DNA of 64,000 nucleotides, from positions 500,373 through 564,372 of the forward strand of contig JAAOMT010000003.1 of the NCBI GenBank assembly GCA_016748015.1. The letters are read 5' to 3'. The notes beneath the pieces are model-generated. The model was not told where the DNA came from. It ran no database searches and was given only the letters and a program-made list of their open reading frames with translations. Of the stretch, positions 52,499 through 64,000 are shown piece after piece. The stretch is from Geosiphon pyriformis uo1 (Eukaryota; Fungi; Glomeromycota). How positions within the stretch are numbered: the first letter of the stretch is position 1; every line of letters starts with the position of its first letter. The position numbers and the translations under genes were made by a program.

Positions 52499-55400
52499 TG
52501 TGTTAATTTTATGACAAAAACAACCAGTTTTTTCTTTAAATGAACGAACCAAATTACTAAAAGAGGAAAAGTGCTCTTCAAACCAACTCTGAAACAAATG
52601 AATGTACCGAAAATGCGGTTGCTTTGGTAAAAGAAGAAAGCAAAGAAAAAATGATCAAGTAATAATCAGGGTTTTCACAACAAAAGTTAATTTTTAATGA
52701 TTAATGATGTGTGTGTATATATATAGAGATTAAAGAAAGAAAAAGCGAGTCTAAATTTATATAGACTTTTAATTGCTCTCATAAATTGTAAACAGACTAA
52801 AGAGAAAACGAGAAGAAGCGAGAATTCAATGTATTTTAAAGGTCAGCTCACTGTATAAATATTATTATCTGTTTACCGGAAAAAGCAAATTAGAAAAGAT
52901 ACACAAGGAAACAAAACAAAGTTGTTTAAAATGTGTGTGAAACAAAAATGATATTGGCAAAAAGCCTGTAAGAGGGTTTTTGAAGTTACGCATTATGATA
53001 CCTTTAGTTTAAACAAAGTCCAAAATTTTATTGTAATTCCATGTTACACGTATTTAAATCCTTATTCCAATCAAAAAATAAATTACCGTAAAAAATAATC
53101 TTGATGAAAAAATTGCTCAACAATTCTTCGCACCAATATAGCATGTATTTCCTGATTGGTTCGTGGGAGGACTCCTTAAAAAGTCCTACAGTCAAAGTTT
53201 TACCAAATGATAAAATGATGTACTGTACATGTCGGAATAATATTTTAAAACCCATTTCGTGTTTCCTGATTTATACTCGAATAGCTGATAATGTTTATAA
53301 ATAAAATTTCTATATAGAATTAGGAAATCTGGGAATATTCATATTGAGATTAGGAAGCTCGGTTTACGGCCTTTGGAATATCAAGTTCAATGAAATTTAT
53401 ACTGACAATTATTTGATAGTTTTTTCTTTTATTCTTGAGAATTTGAAACCGATCGAGATCAAATTTGTTTATTATTTTAAAATTGCAAAAATATCTGCCA
53501 GTCTGAATTTGTTCCAAGGATCATTGGTATAAAAAAAAAGAATTGAGGGGATGAAAAGATAATGATTTTTCAATCTATCTTCTTAAATTTCAAAATCAGT
53601 TCTTGTAAAAAGAAAAGCATTTTTTAACATATCAAACCAAAATTGAAAATTCTCTTCTTAAAGGATAAACAGAATAGAATATTATTCGAAAACTCTGGTT
53701 AAGTTATTCTCAAACTTGAATCGTATAGTTTTTTGAATCAGTTTCAAACTTGGAAATAAAATAAGAGACAACCAGAAAAACTTATAAAATTGAAGTATTA
53801 CAAATTATTAAAATAATCCGGGAAAGACATTTTCAAGTTTGTACCTCAAAAAATAATGCTTTATAAATGAAATCATGTTTCATCAAAAAATGATTATATT
53901 TAAGGGTTTAATTAAAATGAAAATAATTGTCACTCAATCATCAATATTAAAATTTATTTATTAATTAAATGAGATATTTTAGCAAATAATCCCGAAGTAG
54001 CTATTCCCAAAAAAACAGAGAAAAATTAGATCACATGATTTTGAATCTTGCAGGCAAATCAAAGGAGTGTGATTTTCTTTATACCTGTAATTGAGAAGAT
54101 GGGTAGGTTAGGAATGATAATATACAGTCTTCACCTGTTTCAGATTTAAATCCATGATTCATCTGTGAAAGTATTTTAAGTTGATAGCTTGAATTTTAAA
54201 TCTTTTTTAAACAATATTAATCGGGTTCAATACTAATGGACAACAGTTAATACTAATTTCTAAGAACAAAATAAAAAATGATCCAATAAAATTTTGAATT
54301 GAAACGCATGATGCATACTTCAAAATACCAATCACCATCATACTTTACTTTGGAGTAACTCGTTAGGTTCTTTGATTTTGTTTTCCTTTGTGGACCGAAA
54401 ACTTAGTTTTTGAAAGTGAATTCCTGAGATGTATCATGTAAACATGAGTTCAATTATGCTGTATGAATTATTGTTGATAATGTGCAATATTAAAACTTTG
54501 GAGATTTTCTTACCAAAGCTTTTGATCAATTTCGGTTTGCACTAATTTATGATGCATTTTCGAACATGCATATTACAATTGTATGTCATGAATTTTTAAT
54601 TTATAAAAATCATTGGTTATTACGATTGTCCTTCCTCTAATGACCATTTTAAACGTGCAAATTGGCATAAAAATTGATATATTTACAAATTACATATAAT
54701 CAATTGGTTTTGTTTTTTCAAAACGTGGTCATTTATAATTCTACTCAAAATTAAAGTCCCACTTTCAAAACGAGATTTATTTCGGACACTTTTTTTTGTT
54801 TTATGATGTTAAAACTCAATTCTGATATACATGAAATCATATATGTGTAAATTTTATATTCTTTCCTTTTACAATTCTCTATAGTAGATAGAGTGATGAA
54901 TTTAGCATTATCAAGTAAAAGATAATATTTAAATTGTAAAAAAATTAATAGCTATAAGGAAATTAAGGAAATTATTTGTTTTACTGATCCATTGATTAGT
55001 TCATGATGACTGATAACTTGCATAAGTTTTAAAAAATAAAACATACTTTATTTAGATAAATACTACGTTTTTATTAAAGTTAAATAATAAACTTGAATTA
55101 ATGATATAAAGATAATTATAAACTGTTTAATATTCATTATACATTTAAATAATTTTCTTCTTTAAAAAGTTGGTTGCTAACTTAATAATTGATCTGTTTC
55201 TTGTAACAAATAATTAACTATAAATTATTATTTAATGTATTATGCAATTTATTCATGTATTGTGATTTGATTTGATTTGATTTGGTTTGGTTTGGTTTGA
55301 ATTTGAATTTGAATTTTTTTAAATAACTGATATTTAATTTGGTAAAATTTTAATAGTTTTAATAAAAGTGTTTTGTTACTATTTTTTTTGAAAATGTTTT

Positions 55401-56490
55401 TTTTGATGATGTTTTAAATTTAAATTTATGCTATATATTTTATTTAAATTAACTAAAAGATTAAACAACAATAAAATTTTTATTTGTGATTGACACCAAT
55501 TTCTTAAACCAAAATATTTTAAAAAAAAGCAAATGAACTTTATTTAAAATGAAAAAATTATTTAATTAGTCAAGTTTTTTTTATTATAAATATAATTGTA
55601 ATCTTAAAAAAATTTATTAATACTAAAAAATATATATATAAACTATAATTAAATAATAAATTATTTATTTATTTTTATATTAAAATAAAAAATTACAAAA
55701 GAAAAAAATAAAGTTTTATTCATTTTACAACTTAATCATGTTTTATCTTTTGGTATTTTTTAATAAAATTGTAACATTTAATATATAAATATAGTTTAAA
55801 TCTATTAATTCTTAGCCAAGATTATAATAATAAAGTTAATTGGAATTATTAATTTAATTATAATTATTTATATTTTTAATTATTAATTAAAATATAAATT
55901 ATTAAAACTATAATTTTGACTTGATTTATTAATAATTAACAACATGGTTAATTAAGTCAATACAAAAAAAAAGTAGTATTAAATATTAAACCAATATAAA
56001 AGACTCAAAGTTGAATTGTGAAAAAAAATTTAATTCACAAATTTATATCTTTTTAGCGAATGTTAATTGAATTATTTAAATCAAAAATTTTGTGTTAAAA
56101 ATAATACTTTGGATAATTTGTGAATATTGCAATATATACAACATTTTTAAAATTTTAAATCAAATTCGACTGATTAACATTAGAAAATAATGTATATTTG
56201 GTCAAAAAATAACAAGTGTAATTCTACTCTTATGACCAACTAATTAATTTGACCAAAAAACGAATTTTAACTTTTTTCTTTAAAATACAGGTTCAATTAA
56301 TCAACAATTTCTATTTTCCCCCAATATTTAGGAAGCAACCCATAAAAACTTAGACTCATAATTATGTTGGCATTTATCAAATTTATATATATCTTTCGGT
56401 CACCTTCATTTCTAATATGATTTGGATTAAGAATGTAGAAACGACAATGAAAATAATTTGGGGAGCAATTCAGCAAAAAAGAGAACTTAC

Positions 56491-59252
56491 TTAAAACTCC
56501 AGTAAAAGATCAGGAATATTTTGTTCTTCTTGAAGTTTGTGAGTGTCCAAAGCATAAGGATTATTCTCCAAGCCCAAAGTATTTCTTTTTGGTAAATGAT
56601 TTTTAGTATTTGTTTCTTTTCGCAAAAAATTCGGTTATTTCGTTTAACCAACCTCGAAGGTCCATCATCAAGTTCTTGATGTTGAAGTGATGAAAGGCCT
56701 GGATATCGCCGATTCAAAACAGGGGAAGGTGACAAGAATCGTGGTTTGCTATGGTGGATAAACGTTTGGGGTGATTTATGGTATATTGAAGAAAGGCTCG
56801 ATATATGCAAGAGAAGTTCGTCAAGTAATCCTGGCTCCATATTATCAGTTTCAGTAGAAATTCTTGGTTTTTCTGACAAAACAACGGCCTATCCAGTATA
56901 TTATTAGTTAAAAGACCATAGATCATACCTTAAGAATCAATATGGGTTCAAATTACCTTTGCAGCAGCAGGATCAGTTGACAGTAACCGCCAATAAATAT
57001 ACCCTCTATCACGTAAATCGGGATTGTCAACATCCTCAGTAGCCCATTTTAAAACTTTAGGTACTAAATCTTTACCAGCCGTAGGGCGTTTGATGAATAG
57101 TTTAACAGTTGCAGTTAGCAAAGCCAATTGAACCTTTATGAATCAAAAGGAAATAAAAAATTCTTATTTTTAAAATTTTTACGCCAGTTATAAATTAGAA
57201 AACATGGTGTTACCTCTACAGGTTCATCAAGGAAAGTATACAGAAAATCATCTAATAGTTCATCTGAATTCTCGATTCGATCAGCATATTGACCAATTAT
57301 CCAGATCATTGCTGCTTTGGCCTCAGGCTCATCCAAATTATCCAAATTCTCGCATAGAGTTCCGATTATTCGCTCATATTGATTTGGATACTTGCGAAAT
57401 ATATCCTTTAGATAATAATTAGATCACAAATTTTTAAGTGATGACGAGGAATAAGTAATGTAAGAAAAAAATGATTTGGCTATTATGTTCCTCAAAACTG
57501 GGAAGTTTACCTTGATAACAACAATCGCTTCTTGGACAACATAATTCACTTTGGTTTGAATTAATTCTAAAAGAGCCGCTATGCATCGATCTGCGGTTTG
57601 CTCGATCTTCACTGCCAACCTTCCAATCGAACGCACAGCTTTACGGACAAAGTCAACATCAACTTCGGTGGCATATCTTTAATTGAAGATAAAGGGATAC
57701 ACGGATTAAATTTTCAAGATATCAACTTGAGTAACAAAGATTTACTTACTCTTTCAATTCAGATAATACTTGATCAACATTGGTAGCATTGGCTAACCGG
57801 AACATGATCTCAAGTTTAGCCAACTTCACATAAATTGGATCGTTATACTTGCAAAAGAAAACTTTCATATCTTTTCTAAGTACTTCGGGCCTTCTTTGAA
57901 TAATCAAAAGTATGTTACGAAGCGCCACATACTGGACTTCTGGTCCACTTGAAAGCAGTGTCACTAATTGAACATAAGTTTTTGAATTAGTTACCTAAGA
58001 AAAAAAATATTGAACTGAAATTGTGAGACATGTCTTTACCTAACGGGGGCGACAATTTTCGGCACATGCTGTTTATATCATCTTCTTTGGTCATGTAATT
58101 CAATAAATAAATGATCACTTTCACGGCAGTAAGGACGACACTTGAATTGGCATGTTGTAACCTCGGAGCGATACGTTCAGATAACATTTCAGCATCCCCC
58201 ATTTCTTGAGGCACATAGGACATTAATGCTTCAAGGATATAGGCTTGTCCCCATCTGCAATATATGAATATGAGAAATACTTCAAAAAATACTATAAGAA
58301 TAATCCTAAAATGGTGAAAAACGAACAAGAAAAATATGAAAGGAATTACTTACTCTGAAGATTCATTAAGAGCTGCAACCAATTTATTAGCAATAGTCAT
58401 GTTAAGTTTCAACTGTATATTCTCTGATCTTTCGGATATCTCTGTCAATGCAGCTACAGCATTAGCTACAACCTACCATAGATAGCTTAGAGGATCACAA
58501 AAAGGGAACCAGGATAAAGTACATAAATTGAAAAAAGACAAAGAAAGGATGTACCCACTGTAGTATTGGAATCTGCCAACATATCTCGTAGCATGTCAAT
58601 AAAACCATCACCTTCGACCAATATCCGGTCATGCATATACAGCTTTGCGACTGTGATGGCGGCAGTTTTACGCACATACGGATCTTTATCTCGCAAACCA
58701 TGACGCAAAGGTTCGATCAATGCATCTACTACTTTGTCCACATTAATATATCCCATTGTTCTAATTGCCAATGCTCTTATTAACGGGTTATGATCTTCTG
58801 CATCCTAAAAAAAATTATTAAATGCTTAATGTTCAATTGTGATTTTTGCAAACATCTTCTTTTACCTTGACAAATGTTGGAATAGCCATTACAGCCATAT
58901 CAGGCTTTGTTCTAGAATAGTTTATCAAGTAAAGATAAACCATCTTTTTGATTTCTAGCACGGGAATCTGCATACAGCTTATTACATCAGGAAATAACGA
59001 GGACATGTCGTTACCCATAGTCATGTTTGCCACAATCTTTTTCAACACTGTCTTCTTTTTTGTGTGCTGTTTATCTTTTTTGTCCGAATTAAGTTCGGCA
59101 CGAAGTTCTTGGATTTTGCCTTTGAGGAATTTAAATGACAGAAGTTAAGACCTTAAAATGTGTACACTTTGAAACAAGTTCTGGAAAGTGTGGGTTATTT
59201 CAGAATATATGACCTTAAACCCACCTCTTTGGAAATATTTAGCGTCAGACAT
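56491..59252 (-). CDS. APL1: Adaptor protein complex beta subunit, AP-2 beta type, multi-exon
   Basis: MSDAKYFQR|[15 protein letters not shown]...[21 protein letters not shown]...[59 protein letters not shown]; no ear domain. Confidence 0.92.
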
Positions 59253-59856
59253 TGAAAAGCTTGCTATGTTCTTGAACAATAAGGCTGGAATCGTGCCAAT
59301 TGAGAAACTATAAACGAGAAAGTATGCATATAATTTGCTTAGTAGTTGGGGTATTATGACAAAACCAAAGTGAATTCGTGACGTCACATAGAATGACTTG
59401 ACAATCTGATTTTCTTCTTTTGTATTTACATAAATTGGATTTATTAATTAAATTAAATATTTTAATAAAAGAATTTATATATTTAAATATGATTAATTTA
59501 AAAAACTACTCGTAAAATACAAAAAATTAAAAAATTTTCATGTTTTTGTTTATTTTCAAATTTCAAATGGTACAAATAACAATAATTGGTCATATCAAAA
59601 ACTTTAAAACTTGAAATTGATTCAAAATATGAAGCTAAAAAGAATCAATAGATTATTTTAATAAACTACATTTTGATGTCACAGTAATTAAATCTTTTGG
59701 GTCAAATTTTTTTGATTCGCGACTTTACAAATATGAGATGGTCTCGAATATTGTGTTTTATGGTCAAACATGATTATGAGAATATTATGTTGTAAATGTT
59801 TTTGAGATCTCGCGTGATTATCTTTGGGTCTTTCCTTTCCATGATGTGGATTGTTC

Positions 59857-61180
59857 CTATTCGCCGCTGATCTGCTGCCGCGAGTTTTTCCCTTTTCCAA
59901 TTGGATTGTATCCTAAGCTTCCAACATTAGCTACGGATACACGACTAGTTGAGGCACGATTCACTGCTGATCTGGTGCCGTAAGCGTGTTCGCGAATTTT
60001 TTCATGACGGTATTCGGATTCAAGTTGACGAGCGAAACGAGCAGCTACGCTACAAAAGTAGAGCTACAAAAATCCAAAAAAATAAGTCAGTTAACAAAAT
60101 CAAATGCTAAAACTGAAAAATAATTTTGAAAACTTGCCATTGCTAAGGCAATTATGCTATACCAAACTACCAGAAACCATAGTTGAATTGTAACAACTCT
60201 CTGGCAGTACTCAGGAGAATTTTTCTGAATAGTTTGACCAACTTTTTCGTTCGTAGAATTGGTGAGATTATTTAAATCAACAGTGTTAGAGGTAGAGTTG
60301 TTTAGACGTTCAAGTTCGAGGGTAGATCGATCAGTGATGTTGCCAATACAATCATCAATGTGATCATCTTTATGTGCAAACATTTCCACTTCTTGAACGA
60401 TACTAATCGTGATGTAGCAAATCAATAAGAACCAAAGCAAAGTGGAGAAAATCCGAACGGATTGACGGTGACTCTAAATAAATGGATCTTAATATCAATT
60501 AAATATTGGGATTTATTTTGCTTTACATATGAGCGTGATGAACTTACAAAGAGGCTACCGATTAGTCCAAAGAAAGATATGACCCCGGCTATAATATATA
60601 TCATGCCAAAGAAAGTTCTCAATCCCACATCAAGCTCATGCCCCCACACTAAGTGAAAAATTCAAACTCATTTAATGCATTATATATGAATAAAACAAGT
60701 GAATTTCATATGACATACTTTCGGATCGTGCAAGGATAATGTACGCATTTATAGCAGAAGAGACCTGTTGATAATTGTTTTGGTTAAATAATTTCAACTT
60801 TCAGTTAATCAAATATAATTGCCTTCCATGAAAATGATTTTTGAACTTACACTTAGAATACTCGCTAAAATAATTGTTCCTAAACGAATAGGGAAACTGG
60901 ATATTGATGAGAATTGTTTTGAATATGTTAAAAGAATTCCACTCTATATCCGGTTTCTTTCATTATTTCTATCTTTATTAATGCCCCAATAAAGACAATC
61001 TCTAAATAAATATTTGCCTAAAACATTATAAACTCGGTTACAATTTTGACGTGCCAAAGTCAGCCGAATAATAACAATATCCTTTTTTTCATTCTTTGGT
61101 AAGTCTTACCCTTTCCAATTCTCACCAATCACTTCTAAGCTTTTTTCTTTAACTCACCAGCAACAGCAACAATCAACCAT
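59857..61180 (-). CDS. Four-TM membrane protein with N-terminal Cys cluster (LAPTM4-like), 6 exons, one GC-AG intron
   Basis: MVDCCCC|CFPIRLGTIILASILS|VSSAINAYIILARSE|MWGHE...FFGLIGSLF|SHRQSVRIFSTLLW...C...C...ALAM|LYFCSVAARF...ISGE*. Confidence 0.8.
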
Positions 61181-61693
61181 TTTGTTCCGACCGTCCCTCA
61201 AGTTTAAATTATCTTCAATAAAGTTACAAAAACACTATCACAAAGACAGCCTCTCACAGAAAACTAACAAAAATATGGAAATATGCGAAAAATTCAAAAT
61301 TTAATTTTCGTTAATTCAAAAGCTAACATTATAAAGCTGAACTTCAAAATCTCAAGGCTTATATGTAATAGGTAAAAATGGATGTTTAGCGAAAAGCTGG
61401 TTATCATTCAAAATGATGAGGCTTATCACTTCTCGCTTTCAAAGAAAGGATAAGAGTTAAGTCATAAGCCTCTTTACATATTGCAATAATGAGGCTTTGA
61501 AATAACGCGTTGTTTATCTCATGAGGCTTGGGATCAAGATCCAATAAATTAAAATTTTGTTGTTATTATATATTGTTACTATTAAATAATTGAAAAAAAT
61601 AAAAAATCTCATCATAGATATTTTTAAATAACTAGTCGCGTAATTCACTTTTGCCAAACTGTTAATTGAAAGTCTAGCTTTTCCACTGTCTGC

Positions 61694-63605
61694 ATGTCGT
61701 CAATATACCAAAACTTCAGGTCCATTCTTGACGCGAAAGGGGACGAGGCTCGTTTAGAAAAGGCCCAGGGTGAAAAAGAAAAGGTATTGAAAATTTCTTG
61801 GAAAATCACCTATACAACTGTTATGTTGATTTCACTAATTCATTAATTCATCTGAAAATTCATAGGGCAATGAATTCTTTAGAAAAGGAAATTTCATTAA
61901 AGCTATTGAGCATTATGGACTCGCGATGGAGCTTGATTCCAAAGACGCCGTCTTCCCAGTTAATCGAGCAATGGCAGAGATAAAATTGAAAAGGTTCTAA
62001 ATAATTTTTTATCATAAAGCCCAATGCTTCAATTACCTTGCCAAATATTCCATTTTTCTTTTAGATGGGTAGAAGCAGAACAGGATTGTACTTTGGGTTT
62101 GCAGCTTGATCCAGATCATGTGAAAGCACTTTGGCGAAGAGGAATTGCTAGACGTGAACAAAGGAATTTTATCGAGGCTGAACAAGGTATTCTTGGGTAA
62201 TTTCCATGCTTTCATGATGGGTAATTATAATCTAACTATTTTTCTTTCATTTGTTGATTTTTCTGTATTCACCAACGCTAACAAATAACATGATTTCGAT
62301 TCTTGTACAATCAAATCACTCGAAATAACCCTTCTATTTTATCTTGAGATCTCAAAAATGCCTTGAAATTAGACCCAAACAATCGAGCAGTTAAAGAAGA
62401 ATTAAACAAAGTATTACTTGCATTAAGCCAGAAAAAAGTAAAGATCTTACCTTAAGTCGCACTTGCAATATATAATACTTCAAAAGCAGTATATCATGCC
62501 AAATCAACCCTTCCCATTTAGGAATCGGATTTAGGGAAAAATTTTCCTCAAGTGGCCTCCAATATTTGTATATCTTCAACGTTAAATGATATAACTTCGG
62601 GGGTTGGCACAATCCGTCGCCGTCTAAGTATTGAAGAAGTTGATTTTGATGATGATTTTGATCTGGATCATGAAAAGGATAAAAATTTTGAAAAGGTAAA
62701 AGAAGCGATATCGGAGGCAACTGGCATGGCACCCGAAGTCACAAAATTTATAGGAATTAAAGATGTTTCAAAAATAAAAGACATGATGCCCAAGGGAACT
62801 TTCCAAGTAAGAATCAAAACTCGCTTTATGATACTAATTTGACTCGATATTTTAATTGGTTTGGAAAATATATTTTCAACTATCTCGATCTCATTTATGA
62901 TAATGAATGAATTTCAGCCTCAAGACACCACCAACAACATAAAAATACCTTCCAGAAAGGATTCACTATTCAGTATAGGCTCAGCTGAGAAATTGAAGCC
63001 TCCACGGACATCTTTTCAGTTTGAAAGCGAGTGGAACAAATATTTAAAAAATGAAGAAGATCTATATAATTATTTAAAGGTAAAAGCAAAATATTTAACG
63101 TATGCCTTATGTTTAATATTTAGTCCATAATTATACCATTTATTAAGGTTATCGAACCCTCTACCTTTCCCGCAATCTTTTCGGAATTTTTTGATTCCGA
63201 TTATCTTTCTCGAATAATCATCATTCTGAGAAATATTTATTTATGGTAAATATCTATTTTGCGAAGATTTTCTTATTTTCATTAACTTTTTGTCTATTTG
63301 AAATAGTCGGGATACAATCGACTTAATTTATGAGACTTTATACCACTTAAGCCGAGTAACAAGATTTAAAATGATTCTAATGTTCCTCGATCAAGATGAT
63401 CGGCAAGGTAAAATAATTTTGAAGGTGTAAAGTGGCCTGGGTTTCTCTTCTTATATTCTAATCGTTTAATTTGTTTTATATTTTGAAAGCGTTAGGACAG
63501 TTGTTCCAGAATATGATGAATCCTCAGGATACTCATAATCAAAAAGTCAAGCTTGAGGACATAATGCTTTTGGCTACAACTTATGGTGTAGATATTCACG
63601 AATAA
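61694..63605 (+). CDS. RPAP3/SPAG1-like TPR co-chaperone with RPAP3_C domain
   Basis: KEK|GNEFFRKGNFIKAIEHY...NRAMA...AEQDCTLGLQLDPDHVKALWRRGIAR (TPR clamp); PPRTSFQFESEW...YNYLK...LSRVTRFKMILMFL (RPAP3_C). Confidence 0.88.
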
Positions 63606-64000
63606 ATTTATTCTCAATTTCTCGGAGGAAAAAAAACTACTTATATGGAAAATACTTAGAAATGTAGTAATTTTAGGGAACCAAATGTGGTAATCCATAA
63701 TGTACAAATGGGGGAGGGGGGAGGATAATCCGAGACTAAACTGCATTGTACCAGTTCTTATACTATTACGTAAGAGATGGCTCTCCTCATCTTTTATCTC
63801 GAAGGATAAATCAAAAGCATCCAAGCTTTCAAAACTAATAAATAGTTTTTCGATAAAATCCTGACATGGATGATACCATTGGTTGAAAATGATAAATAAC
63901 AGTAGGTGCAGAGCCGACTGCAGTCCATCAATAACTCAAGAATTACTATCCAGGTATTTCAAAGAACTAAGCGCCCGATGCAGTTGAAATGAACCCTCTT

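Noticed and set aside
63690-64000. Possible 3' exons of a minus-strand gene at the window edge
   Set aside because: Coding-like composition, but no recognisable protein and splice phase ambiguous

Overview
Eukaryotic, AT-rich, intron-dense fungal genomic DNA with six assembly gaps. The expanded-family tyrosine-kinase-like gene and the P-loop NTPase/nuclease gene suggest Glomeromycotina or another Mucoromycota lineage (inference). Housekeeping genes assembled by hand across introns: GDI1 (3' part), RPL28, ARL2, a micro-exon small membrane protein, CBP4, a chitin synthase, a MARK/SNF1-type kinase, a lipid-droplet hydrolase, meiotic HOP1, AP-2 beta adaptin and an RPAP3-like TPR protein. The stand-out accessory feature is a decayed ~2 kb IS607-type element on the minus strand (~5084-7042). 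It carries remnants of both a serine-recombinase TnpA, which the ORF track does not show, and a Fanzor2/TnpB RNA-guided nuclease, with matching 10-bp-spaced terminal repeats at both ends. Other notable items: a candidate H/ACA snoRNA in an RPL28 intron, an intron-retaining pseudogene paralog of a gene in the same window, two LAPTM4-like four-TM paralogs sharing intron positions, a secreted/GPI Ser-Gly-Thr-Gln 34-aa repeat protein, a Tc1 relic, and an intact NTPase + PD-(D/E)xK nuclease gene next to a probable pseudokinase. All calls come from motif recognition by eye; no database search was run, and splice models are unverified.
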